From Fidelibacterota bacterium (GTDB lineage: Bacteria > Fidelibacterota > Marinisomatia > SCGC-AAA003-L08 > D37C17), in the NCBI GenBank assembly GCA_002704685.1, contig PAHD01000013.1, forward strand, positions 39,988 through 80,164: DNA of 40,177 bases. The letters are read 5' to 3'. This document shows positions 1-9,120 of this stretch, piece by piece. Both the position numbers and the translations under genes were made by a program. Position 1 is the first letter of the stretch; every line of letters starts with the position of its first letter. The notes under the pieces were generated by a model. The model saw only the letters and a program-made list of their open reading frames with translations. It was not told where the DNA came from and did not search any database.

Positions 1-1863
1 AAATATTATTTTGAAAGAATATTCAATGAATATAGTCAAAATGAATATTACACAAAATCAATAATAATGTTATCAAAATTATCATTAAAAATGAATGATT
101 TCGAAAATTTTAATTATTTTTCTTCAAAAGTAAATGAAAATGAACTTAAAAAAGAAGAAAAAGTACTGTATTATTTAACATTAGTTGATTATTTTGATTA
201 TAAAGAAAATATTGAGAAGGTAATAAGTAATTCTTTATTAGCAATTGAATCAATAGATATAAAAACTCAGAAAATTCCTATTTATAATAGTTTGCTCATG
301 ATATCGGAAAAGAAAGATAATTATGAAGATGCTATTAGCTACATTAATGAGATTGAAAAGTGTCTAGATGATGAAAAAATTAAAGATGAATTACTTGATA
401 AATGGATTAATTATAATACTATATTAGAAAATTATGATTTAATTGAAAGTAAATTAAATGAATATGTTCAATCAGAGTTAAATGAAAAAAATAAACTATC
501 TATTTCCTTAAAGCTTATAAACAATTATTTTAAATCAAATAATTTATCAGAAGCAGATATTATGCTTAATGATTTATTAGAAAAACATAAAGATAACCGC
601 TCTTTAAAATCAGAGGTTAGTGAAATATATTATTTGTTGGGTAAAATAGAGCTTGAGCTATACAATGATTTTGAAAAATCAAAGTTTTTCTTTCAAGAAT
701 CTTTAGATATTTCTAGGTCTTCAGAGCACGGACAGAAGTCAAACGAAAAAATTAAAATTATTAATGAATTTTTAGATATTCAGGATTTGATTGAAAATTA
801 CAATGCAGATTCTTCCATTTCGAAAATTAAAGTTGACAACAACAAAAAAGATAATTTAAATATTCAAATGAATTTTGATTCTTTAAATTATTTATCTGCC
901 CAAATACTATTTTATGATTTGAATTTAAAAGATACTGGAAAACAAAGATTCGACTTTATAATTAATAATCATAGTGATCCAAATTATAAATATAAATCAA
1001 TGATGATATTAGATTCTTCAGCTGTTAATAATTTACTTATATCTGACGATATTAATATGGAAAATCAGCTTACAAAATTAGATACTTTAATAGATGAAGC
1101 TTGGTATTTACTATTAAAATCAAGAAAAAAATCAATTGATAAGTTTAAAACTATATATAAAAATTACAATGATGAGAAATCACTTTTTATAATTGGAACT
1201 ATATATGATCAATATGAAAATAATATCGATAGTACTGTATTTTATTTTGATAAATATTTAAATGAATATCCAAATGGTAATTTTAGTATTGATGTAAACG
1301 ATAGACTCCAAGAAATTAAGGATATGATCGACTATAATATTAGTTTTTTAAATCAAAGAATTCATTATAATAAAGCAATGAAATTTTTTAAAGATAATTA
1401 TGATTCTAGTATTTACTATTTTGATTTAGGTATGCAAGGACGTGATAGAGAAATTAAAAATATTAGTAAAAATTCTTTAGACATTCTAAAAGAATATCAT
1501 ACTAATGATAGTTTGAAAAATACAAATCACAGCAATGTAGATTCATTAAGAGTTAATATAGCTTCAATCCTCTATAAAAATTTGGGTCAGGATTCTTTAG
1601 CAGTATTAGTTTTTGAAGATATTATAAATAATAGTGAAAATATGATAAATATTAATAATTCTCTTGCTAGCATGTTCATAATTGATAGTAGTAGTAAATG
1701 GGACTCACTTTTATTTGAAAATATTCAAGATAGTAATTTATTTAAATTATTGATTGATAAGGCAAAAAAAAATAATAATTTTTTAATCAATAATAGTTTA
1801 GATAAAGATATTTTAGATATTGAGTTTTACAATAATAAATATAGATTATTTGATAAAGATTAA
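1..1863 (+). CDS. TPR-like repeat protein of unknown function, probably 5'-truncated by the window edge
   Basis: The frame of the 67..1863 ORF has no stop back to nt 1 (KYYFERIFNEYSQNEYYTKSII precedes the first ATG at 67). Repeated helical motifs of the form Y..A..Y...I resemble TPR/Sel1 repeats. Composition is N/K/I/D-rich and low in complexity. No catalytic motif was recognised. Confidence 0.6.
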   Translation, partial: KYYFERIFNEYSQNEYYTKSIIMLSKLSLKMNDFENFNYFSSKVNENELKKEEKVLYYLTLVDYFDYKENIEKVISNSLLAIESIDIKTQKIPIYNSLLMISEKKDNYEDAISYINEIEKCLDDEKIKDELLDKWINYNTILENYDLIESKLNEYVQSELNEKNKLSISLKLINNYFKSNNLSEADIMLNDLLEKHKDNRSLKSEVSEIYYLLGKIELELYNDFEKSKFFFQESLDISRSSEHGQKSNEKIKIINEFLDIQDLIENYNADSSISKIKVDNNKKDNLNIQMNFDSLNYLSAQILFYDLNLKDTGKQRFDFIINNHSDPNYKYKSMMILDSSAVNNLLISDDINMENQLTKLDTLIDEAWYLLLKSRKKSIDKFKTIYKNYNDEKSLFIIGTIYDQYENNIDSTVFYFDKYLNEYPNGNFSIDVNDRLQEIKDMIDYNISFLNQRIHYNKAMKFFKDNYDSSIYYFDLGMQGRDREIKNISKNSLDILKEYHTNDSLKNTNHSNVDSLRVNIASILYKNLGQDSLAVLVFEDIINNSENMININNSLASMFIIDSSSKWDSLLFENIQDSNLFKLLIDKAKKNNNFLINNSLDKDILDIEFYNNKYRLFDKD

Positions 1864-1958
1864 ATTTTTTAAAGAAATTAATTAATTTATTATTTTATAT
1901 TTTAGTACTTGTTTAAGGAGCAAATAAAGTTAGATCAAAGTTATATATATTATGGTCA

Positions 1959-2108
1959 ATGAGAAAATGGTCATTCAAATATGTTAATTGGAGATTAACC
2001 ACAGCTTATCCAGGAGGTTGGAAATATGCTCTCTTTCATCCTATCGAATTAGTAAGAGATATCTATAAATATTTATTATGGTGCCAAGAAATAGATAAAG
2101 ACTTATAG
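1959..2108 (+). CDS. Candidate 49-aa small protein (MRKWSFKYVNWRLTTAYPGGWKYALFHPIELVRDIYKYLLWCQEIDKDL), below the ORF-track cutoff
   Basis: Hand translation gives 49 sense codons. The TAG stop (2106-2108) directly abuts the pyrD ATG (2109). The peptide is W/Y/G/P-containing and locally less AT-rich than the flanking spacer. No clear SD lies just upstream and no family was recognised. Confidence 0.35.
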   Translation: MRKWSFKYVNWRLTTAYPGGWKYALFHPIELVRDIYKYLLWCQEIDKDL

Positions 2109-3020
2109 ATGCTTAAAGTAAAAATCAAAGATATTAAATTTAATTCTCCTATAATAGCAGCTAGTGGAACATATGGTTATGGTGATGAATTTGATAGTTT
2201 TGTTGATTTAAATAAAATTGGATGTATCATAACAAAATCTATCACATTAGAAGAGCGCAAAGGAAATGCAAGTCCAAGAATTCACGAATCTGGTTCTGGG
2301 ATGATCAATTCAATTGGTTTAGCCAATATGGGTGTTAAGAAATTTTGTAAATTAAAACTTGATAAGTTGAATAAAATCAAAACTAAATTTATTATTAGTA
2401 TTGCAGGTTCAAAAATCCAGGATTACATTGATGTTGTAAGTGAGATTGAAAAGTGTAACGGTTTTCATGTAGGATATGAAATTAATATATCGTGCCCAAA
2501 TGTTAAAAAGGGTGGCATGGAATTTGGGGTAAATAAAGAAATATCTGAAAAACTAACTTCAGAATTAAGAAAATTAACAAGCAAACTATTAATTATTAAG
2601 CTAAGCCCAAATGTTACAAACATAGAAGAAATAGGTCTATTTGTACAAAAAGGAGGTGCTGATGTGATAAGTGCTGTTAATACATTTTCTGGATTAGCAA
2701 TTGATTATAAAACAGGTAAAATGATGTTAAGTACTACATTCGGAGGTGTATCAGGACCGCCAATTAAGCCTTTGGCTTTAGCTAAAGTTCACAAATTATA
2801 TAACAATATAAAAATTCCTATTTTTGGTATGGGTGGCATTATTAATTACAAGGATATTATAGAATTTTTGAGAGTTGGTTCAAGTATGGTTCAAGTAGGA
2901 ACAATTAATTATAGAGATCCATCAAGCATTAATAGTTTGTATGATAATTTAAAACTATATTTAGATAAAAATAAGATTACTTCAGTTTCAAAATTAATTG
3001 GTGATTATAATGATAGCTAA
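2109..3020 (+). CDS. pyrD: Dihydroorotate dehydrogenase, class 1 (PyrD catalytic subunit)
   Basis: N-terminus FNSPIIAASGTYGYG, active-site region EINISCPNV (Cys base of class 1 enzymes), GGVSGPPIKPLAL, and FGMGGI near the C-terminus. Length is 303 aa. No pyrK-like partner is adjacent. Confidence 0.9.
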   Translation: MLKVKIKDIKFNSPIIAASGTYGYGDEFDSFVDLNKIGCIITKSITLEERKGNASPRIHESGSGMINSIGLANMGVKKFCKLKLDKLNKIKTKFIISIAGSKIQDYIDVVSEIEKCNGFHVGYEINISCPNVKKGGMEFGVNKEISEKLTSELRKLTSKLLIIKLSPNVTNIEEIGLFVQKGGADVISAVNTFSGLAIDYKTGKMMLSTTFGGVSGPPIKPLALAKVHKLYNNIKIPIFGMGGIINYKDIIEFLRVGSSMVQVGTINYRDPSSINSLYDNLKLYLDKNKITSVSKLIGDYNDS

Positions 3021-3464
3021 AATTTCTATAATTTTATTATTATTTTTATCGTGTACTGTATCACCAAGATATGGTGTTCAATCAAATGACTCTACAAAAA
3101 AAACTAAGAAAAATATTAAATATTCAAAAAAAATAAAAAAAGTAGTGAATTAATAGGGGTATCATCTTGGTATGGTCCAAATTTTCATGGTAAACTAACA
3201 GCTAATGGGGAAGTATATGATATGTATGGAGTAACTGCTGCTCATAAAACTTTAACTTTAGGTACCGTAGTTAGAGTTACAAATCTTGATAATGGGAAAT
3301 CATTAATTTTAAGAATAAATGATAGGGGCCCATATGTTGATGGACGTATATTGGATTGTTCATTTGGTGCTGCAAAAAAATTAGGTTTTCATGAGCAAGG
3401 AACAGCTAATGTTGAAATTAAAATAATTGAGGAAGGAGATGGTGTTTATATGCACCATAACTAG
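3010..3464 (+). pseudogene. rlpA: RlpA-family (DPBB domain) lipoprotein, reading frame broken in a poly-A tract
   Basis: Frame 1 (ATG 3010 to TAA 3151-3153) encodes the signal peptide and lipobox MIAKISIILLLFLSC plus a K-rich linker. Frame 0 (open from 3120) encodes the complete DPBB core GVSSWYGPNFHGKLTANGEVYDMYGVTAAHKTLTLGTVVRVTNLDNGKSLILRINDRGPYVDGRILDCSFGAAKKLG. The two frames overlap at 3120-3153 across A8 (3126-3133) and A7 (3135-3141) runs. The ORF-track entry 3222..3464 starts at an internal Met. Confidence 0.7.
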
Positions 3465-3467
3465 TGT

Positions 3468-4283
3468 ATGGTAGATAATAAAAAACCTAGAACTTTAGTT
3501 AACTTAATTGGTGCACCTTTGCTTTTAAGTATTATTTATTTAGGAGGACCATTATTTACACTGTTTATTTTTGTTGTAATCTTTATAAGCACTTATGAAT
3601 TTGATAATATGATTAAAATTAAATCATTCTCTTTAAATCTATATTTTTTCTTTTTCATTTATTTGATTTCTTTAATTAATCATCTATTTCAGATATTTTC
3701 TTATGAACAATATATTTATTTTATTTTATTTATATTTTTTTCAATTTCAATATCATGTTTAAACATAAAAAATAAATTGAAAAATTTTTATTATAGAATT
3801 TTAGCTTTTATTTGGATTGGCTTTTTATTCCAAGAAGCCATTTATTTAAGAAGTCTACCTGAAATTGGTTTTAAAATTGTCCTTTGTATGTTTCTATCTG
3901 TATGGGTAACTGATTCTTTTGCTTTTATTTTTGGATCTAAGTTTGGTAAATCTAAAATATTACCTTCTATTAGTCCAAAAAAAACATGGGTAGGTTTTTT
4001 AGCAGGATATATTGCTTGTTCATTATTTATTTACTGTTTATTTAGTTATAATTATTTTAATAACTCAGTATTTACATTTAATTTATTTGATATAATAGTT
4101 CTGGGATTTATATCAGGTATTCTTGGTCAGTGTGGTGATTTTTTTGAATCTTATTACAAAAGATTTTTTTCTGTAAAAGATTCAGGCACTCTTTTACAGG
4201 GCCATGGAGGATTCTTGGATAGATTTGATTCATTATTATTTGTTGTTCCATTATTCTCGTTTTATTTAAGAGTTATCTTATGA
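3468..4283 (+). CDS. cdsA: Phosphatidate cytidylyltransferase (CDP-diglyceride synthase)
   Basis: Polytopic membrane protein with the CdsA signature near the C-terminus: SYYKRFFSVKDSGTLLQGHGGFLDRFDSLLF. Confidence 0.9.
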   Translation: MVDNKKPRTLVNLIGAPLLLSIIYLGGPLFTLFIFVVIFISTYEFDNMIKIKSFSLNLYFFFFIYLISLINHLFQIFSYEQYIYFILFIFFSISISCLNIKNKLKNFYYRILAFIWIGFLFQEAIYLRSLPEIGFKIVLCMFLSVWVTDSFAFIFGSKFGKSKILPSISPKKTWVGFLAGYIACSLFIYCLFSYNYFNNSVFTFNLFDIIVLGFISGILGQCGDFFESYYKRFFSVKDSGTLLQGHGGFLDRFDSLLFVVPLFSFYLRVIL

Positions 4284-6064
4284 ATCAAAATTTAAAAAAT
4301 ATAAAAGTTATCTTGGCAACAGACTGTGGTTCTACAACAACCAAAGCTATTTTAATTGAATATATTAATAATGAATATAGATTAACTTTTCGTGGTGAAG
4401 CTCCTACTACTGTTGAAGCTCCTTTTGAAGATGTAACATGTGGTGTGATTAATGCTATTATTGAGCTTGAGGAATTATCTGGGAGAAAAATTTTAGATAA
4501 TGATAAGATTATTTCACCTCAATCAAATAATAGAGGGGTAGACCTATATATATCTACAAGCTCTGCTGGAGGGGGCCTTCAAATGATGGTTGGAGGTGTT
4601 GTTAAAAATATGACTGGAGAAAGCGCACAAAGAGCTGCTTTGGGTGCAGGTTCAATAGTTATGGATATCATAGCATCTAATGATGGTAGAAAATATCATG
4701 AGAGAGTACAAAAAATCAGACAATTACGTCCTGATATGATATTATTATCAGGAGGAGTTGATGGTGGTACCAAGTCTCATGTAGTTGAACTTGCTGAAAT
4801 CATTAAAACAGCGAATCCTAATCCTAGATTAGGTAATAATTTTAAAATTCCGATTATTTATGCCGGCAATAAAGATGCAGTTTCTGATATTGACAAAAGG
4901 TTAGGTGATATAACAGATTTAAAAATTGTTGATAACATAAGACCAACGCTTGATAGAGAAAATTTAAAACCAAGTAGAGATAAAATTCATGATTTATTTA
5001 TGGAACATGTTATGGCTCAGGCTCCAGGTTACAATAAGCTATTAACTTGGACAGATTATCCAATTATACCAACTCCTGGTGCTGTAGGAAAAATAATAAA
5101 AAAAATTGCTTATAATGAAAATATTTCTGTTGTTGGGGTAGATATTGGAGGTGCAACTACCGATGTCTTTTCAGTTTTTGATAAAAAATTTAATAGGACA
5201 GTAAGCGCAAATTATGGTATGAGTTATTCAATTTGTAATGTTCTTGCTGAAACGGGTATTGAAAATATATCAAGGTGGCTTTCTTCAGATCTAGAAGAAA
5301 AAGATTTAACCAATAGAATTGCTAATAAAATGATTAGACCTACTACTATTCCTCAAACTCTTGAAGAATTAATAATTGAACAATCAATTGCAAGAGAAGC
5401 TCTAAGATTATCTTTCGTTCAGCATAAAGAATTTGCAGTCTCATTAAAAGGTATTCAACAAGAAAGAACAATTTCAGATACTTTTGATCAAACAATGTCA
5501 GGTGAAACATTGGTTAATATGAATAAGTTGGATATGATTGTTGGTTCAGGAGGAGTTTTATCACATGCTCCAAGAAGAGAGCAAGCATATAGAATGTTAG
5601 TTGACGCTTTTTTACCTGAGGGTATAACTCAAATAGCTGTTGATTCAATTTTTATGATGCCTCAATTAGGTGTTTTATCTGAGATTCATGAGAAAGCAGC
5701 AGTTGAAGTTTTTAATAAAGATTGTTTAGTTAGATTGGGAACATGTATTTCTCCAACTCAAGTAGATGCTGATAATAAAGAAGTTATGGAATATTGCTTT
5801 GAATATGATAATAAAAAAATTGAAGGCATCCTTGAATTTGGTGAGATAAAAATGATTAAAATTGGTTTTGAATCAATTAAAACAAAATTAATTATGAAAA
5901 ATAATTCTAAAATTAATGGATTAGATGAATTTTCTGGTAATGTTTATGGAGGAGAAGTTGGTATTATGCTTGATGGAAGAGGTAGGCCTCTTGATTTTGA
6001 TTTATTTGGAAAAACATTTATTAATAATTGGTCAAAACAAACAAACGAGTACCCACTAAAATAA
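4280..6064 (+). CDS. MutL/EutA-like ASKHA-fold ATPase ('glutamate mutase L' family), function unknown here
   Basis: Two actin-like phosphate motifs, ILATDCGSTTTKAILIE and VVGVDIGGATTDVFSV, plus MIVGSGGVLSHAP. Length is 594 aa. The ATG overlaps the cdsA stop (ATGA at 4280-4283). Confidence 0.75.
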   Translation: MNQNLKNIKVILATDCGSTTTKAILIEYINNEYRLTFRGEAPTTVEAPFEDVTCGVINAIIELEELSGRKILDNDKIISPQSNNRGVDLYISTSSAGGGLQMMVGGVVKNMTGESAQRAALGAGSIVMDIIASNDGRKYHERVQKIRQLRPDMILLSGGVDGGTKSHVVELAEIIKTANPNPRLGNNFKIPIIYAGNKDAVSDIDKRLGDITDLKIVDNIRPTLDRENLKPSRDKIHDLFMEHVMAQAPGYNKLLTWTDYPIIPTPGAVGKIIKKIAYNENISVVGVDIGGATTDVFSVFDKKFNRTVSANYGMSYSICNVLAETGIENISRWLSSDLEEKDLTNRIANKMIRPTTIPQTLEELIIEQSIAREALRLSFVQHKEFAVSLKGIQQERTISDTFDQTMSGETLVNMNKLDMIVGSGGVLSHAPRREQAYRMLVDAFLPEGITQIAVDSIFMMPQLGVLSEIHEKAAVEVFNKDCLVRLGTCISPTQVDADNKEVMEYCFEYDNKKIEGILEFGEIKMIKIGFESIKTKLIMKNNSKINGLDEFSGNVYGGEVGIMLDGRGRPLDFDLFGKTFINNWSKQTNEYPLK

Positions 6065-7176
6065 TGTCAAAGTCGTATACACCAGGATTAAAAATATTAG
6101 AAAATACTTTAATAAAAAAGAAACGTATTTTACCTCTTTCAGGAAAATTGCATGTTAAGAAAGATGATTTAGTTAAATCTGATCAGATAGTTGCTTCAGC
6201 AAATATTCCTGGTAACGTACAAATGTTAAATGTTTCCAATAAATTAAATATAGATCCAAATCAAATATTAGACTGTATGTTGTGTAAAGTAGATGAAGAA
6301 GTAAAAAAAGGTCAAATTATAGCTAAAACTAATGGGATATTTGGTTTTTTTAAATCAGAGTTAGAATCTCCAATGGATGGAGTTCTTATAAATATTTCGG
6401 ATGTAACTGGGCAGATTATAATATCTGAAAAACCTATTCCAATTGAAGTAGATGCTTATATTGATGGAAGAATTGTCGAAACTTATGAAAAAGAAGGTGT
6501 CTTAGTGTCGTCAAAGGGAGTACTTGTCCAAGGAATTATGGGAATTGGAGGAGAAAAAAAAGGTACTCTAAGTGTCTTAGATAAAACAGCAGATTTAGAT
6601 GGAATTGATATAAATAATGATGTTATTGCTGTAATTAATTCGCACTTAGACTTTGAAACATATAAAAAAATGAGCGATTTAGGATTAAAAGGTATAATAT
6701 GTGGTGGAATTGATTATGAATCTTTAACGAAAATTTTAGGTTATCCTCTGGGTGTAGCAATTACAGGTTCTGAAAATGTAACTACAGTTGTAGTAACAGA
6801 GGGTTTTGGAGATATAAATATGTCAGATCGAACATATAACCTATTTAAAAAATATGAAAATTCTTATTGTTCTATTAATGGTGCTACTCAAATAAGAGCT
6901 GGAGTTATGAGGCCAGAGGTTATTATTAGTACTATTGAATCAGAGCTAGATTCTAAAGATAATAATAATGATAATGAATCTTTAATAATGGTTGGCTCAA
7001 AAGTTAGAATTATTCGTGAACCATTTTTTGGTTTAACAGGCTCTGTGTCAAATCTTCCAAAAGACTTAGTCGAAATGAAAACAGAGACATTGGTTAGAGT
7101 GGCTGAGATTACCCTTGATGATGGAACTGAAAAAATTATCCCAAGAGCTAATTTAGAAGTTATTTTATCAGATTAA
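6064..7176 (+). CDS. Soluble protein of unknown function with barrel-sandwich-hybrid (lipoyl/RnfC-N-like) looking segments
   Basis: ATG 6064 overlaps the upstream TAA (TAATG), so it is preferred over the track's TTG at 6028. Segments VKKDDLVKSDQIVASANIPGNVQMLNV and VDEEVKKGQIIAKTNG...ELESPMDGVLINIS resemble hybrid-barrel motifs. No lipoyl or biotinyl Lys motif (MKM) is present. Confidence 0.65.
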   Translation: MSKSYTPGLKILENTLIKKKRILPLSGKLHVKKDDLVKSDQIVASANIPGNVQMLNVSNKLNIDPNQILDCMLCKVDEEVKKGQIIAKTNGIFGFFKSELESPMDGVLINISDVTGQIIISEKPIPIEVDAYIDGRIVETYEKEGVLVSSKGVLVQGIMGIGGEKKGTLSVLDKTADLDGIDINNDVIAVINSHLDFETYKKMSDLGLKGIICGGIDYESLTKILGYPLGVAITGSENVTTVVVTEGFGDINMSDRTYNLFKKYENSYCSINGATQIRAGVMRPEVIISTIESELDSKDNNNDNESLIMVGSKVRIIREPFFGLTGSVSNLPKDLVEMKTETLVRVAEITLDDGTEKIIPRANLEVILSD

Positions 7177-7193
7177 TTGTATTAATTTATGGT

Positions 7194-7457
7194 ATGAGTG
7201 ATGCAAAAAAAATTATATCTGATTTAGCTAAAGATATAGTCCAAAGAGGTTTGTCAGTTCCAGCGATATTCTTTTTAGAAAGTTCAAAGTATGTTTCTTT
7301 TATTGGAAGTCAGTTTCTAGTATTTTTAGGCCCAATAGCTACATGTTTTATTAATAATAAAAAATTTTACAATTTTACATCTATTTTAGAAAAAAAATCT
7401 AATATTGAATTTTTGATTAGTGAAATTGAAAGAATAAATTTAATCACTAAATCATGA
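7194..7457 (+). CDS. Small (87 aa) membrane-associated protein, unknown function
   Basis: Hydrophobic hairpin-like stretch LSVPAIFFLESSKYVSFIGSQFLVFLGPIATCFI. The stop overlaps the next start (ATGA at 7454-7457). Confidence 0.55.
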   Translation: MSDAKKIISDLAKDIVQRGLSVPAIFFLESSKYVSFIGSQFLVFLGPIATCFINNKKFYNFTSILEKKSNIEFLISEIERINLITKS

Positions 7458-8320
7458 ATTATTATACTAAATATATTTTTTTACCTTTTCTAATCTTAAT
7501 CTTTTACTTTTTTATTCCATTTCCAATTTTTTTATCTGGCAATGAAACAACTTTTGTATGCGTGATTCTTTTATGTTTTGTTGTTGAATATTTTATAGAA
7601 AAAGCTAAAAAAGGTGATGATATATACATGCGACCAATTGCTGCAATTAAAGCTATGGAAGAAGCAGTTGGAAGAGCTACTGAAATGGGGAAACCAGTTC
7701 TTTATGTACCTGGTATTTCAAGTCTTGATCAAATTGATACAATCTCTGGATTAACTATACTTGGGCATGTTGCTGGAATGACAGCTGAATATGATGCACA
7801 TTTACATGTTCCAGTTTGTGTCCCGATTGTTATGGAAACTGCAAAAGAAGCATGTAAAGAATCTTATTTAAAAAAAGGAAGACCAGATTTATATAGAGAA
7901 GATATGGTTCATTATGTTACAGATGATCAGTTTGCATATGCTGCAGGTGTAAATGGTATTATGTTAAGAGATAAGCCAGCAGCTGTTTTTTTCCAAGGTA
8001 AGTTTTATGCTGAATCATTAATTTTGGCTGAGACCGGCAATTCTATTGGGGCAATTCAAATTGCAGGTACAGGTTCTTCATCGCAAATTCCATTTTTTGT
8101 TACTGCATGTGATTACACATTAATTGGAGAAGAGTTTTATGCAGCAAGTGCATATCTATCTGGTAGTCCAGAAATGCTTGGTAGTATAAAAGGTCAAGAT
8201 TATGTAAAAGTTGGGTGTATGATTTTTATTTTATTTGTATTTATATGTTCTGTTTTAAATGGTTATAGCATAATTAATTTTGATGTATCTTCATTATTTA
8301 GGATTAATATTTTAAGATGA
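7454..8320 (+). CDS. Membrane-anchored protein with a conserved-looking soluble domain of about 190 aa, unknown function
   Basis: Two N-terminal TM helices and one C-terminal TM helix. The central domain (RPIAAIKAMEEAVGRATEMGKPVLYVPG...HVPVCVPIVMETAKEACK...IQIAGTGSSSQIPFFVTACDYTLIGEE) is much less N/K/I-biased than neighbouring genes. Coupled by ATGA at both ends. Confidence 0.7.
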   Translation: MNYYTKYIFLPFLILIFYFFIPFPIFLSGNETTFVCVILLCFVVEYFIEKAKKGDDIYMRPIAAIKAMEEAVGRATEMGKPVLYVPGISSLDQIDTISGLTILGHVAGMTAEYDAHLHVPVCVPIVMETAKEACKESYLKKGRPDLYREDMVHYVTDDQFAYAAGVNGIMLRDKPAAVFFQGKFYAESLILAETGNSIGAIQIAGTGSSSQIPFFVTACDYTLIGEEFYAASAYLSGSPEMLGSIKGQDYVKVGCMIFILFVFICSVLNGYSIINFDVSSLFRINILR

Positions 8321-9120
8321 AAAGACAAATAGCATATTTCCTTGTAATATTTATTGGTTTCTTAACTTTGTTTGGTCATTTTATAAACTATTCACCTTTA
8401 AATAATTTTATTGATAATGATGCAACTCAATGGTTTGATATTATATCTGGATTTGCAGCATTTTTAGGTGTAATAAATTTGCTACAATTACATTTAAATA
8501 AAATTTCCAGAAAAAAGGATAATTGGAGATATAGTTTTATTACTTTATTTGGTTTTTTAATAATGATTTTTTTCGGATTTATTTATAATGGTTCTGATGT
8601 TTCTATGGGTCCTCATTTGAAAAAAGAAGGATCAGCATTCTATTGGATGTTTCAAAATATTTATTTGCCACTTGGTGCAACAATGTTTGCATTACTTGCT
8701 TTTTTTGTAGCATCTGCTTCATATAGAGCATTCAAAATTAGAAATTTTGAAGCAACATTACTTCTGGTTTCTGGAGTTTTTCTTATGATAGGAAGAGTTC
8801 CTATTGGTCAGTTAATACCATGGTGGATGTCACTTGAAATTTATATTTGTTTATTTTTTGCATTTATAGCAAATAGATTTAATGATAGAAAGAAACTATT
8901 AATTTCTCTACTATTGTCTTTGATTTTATTACCGTTTATTGTTTTTAATTTAGATTTAACTAGTTTAGCAGTTTTTAAGATTACTGAACTGCAAGAATGG
9001 ATAATGGATGTACCAGCTACGGCTGGTTCAAGAGCTATTATGATTGGTATTGCTTTGGGAACTATTGCTCAGTCATATAGAATTATTACCGGAAGAGAAA
9101 AATCAATTCTTGGAGATTAA
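8317..9120 (+). CDS. Polytopic integral membrane protein (about 7-8 TM), unknown function
   Basis: Repeated hydrophobic segments of about 20 aa throughout. ATGA overlap lies upstream, and the stop TAA (9118-9120) is followed directly by the next start (TTG 9121). Confidence 0.7.
   Translation: MKRQIAYFLVIFIGFLTLFGHFINYSPLNNFIDNDATQWFDIISGFAAFLGVINLLQLHLNKISRKKDNWRYSFITLFGFLIMIFFGFIYNGSDVSMGPHLKKEGSAFYWMFQNIYLPLGATMFALLAFFVASASYRAFKIRNFEATLLLVSGVFLMIGRVPIGQLIPWWMSLEIYICLFFAFIANRFNDRKKLLISLLLSLILLPFIVFNLDLTSLAVFKITELQEWIMDVPATAGSRAIMIGIALGTIAQSYRIITGREKSILGD

Noticed and set aside
2109-3020. Absence of pyrK next to pyrD as an anomaly
   Set aside because: Class 1A enzymes need no PyrK, and in class 1B organisms pyrK can be encoded elsewhere. 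The subclass cannot be determined by eye, so this is not reportable as unusual.
6028-6063. TTG 6028 as the start of the barrel-sandwich protein (track model 6028..7176)
   Set aside because: It would overlap the MutL-like gene by 37 nt. ATG 6064 forms a TAATG stop/start overlap like the other junctions in the cluster, so it is the more parsimonious start.
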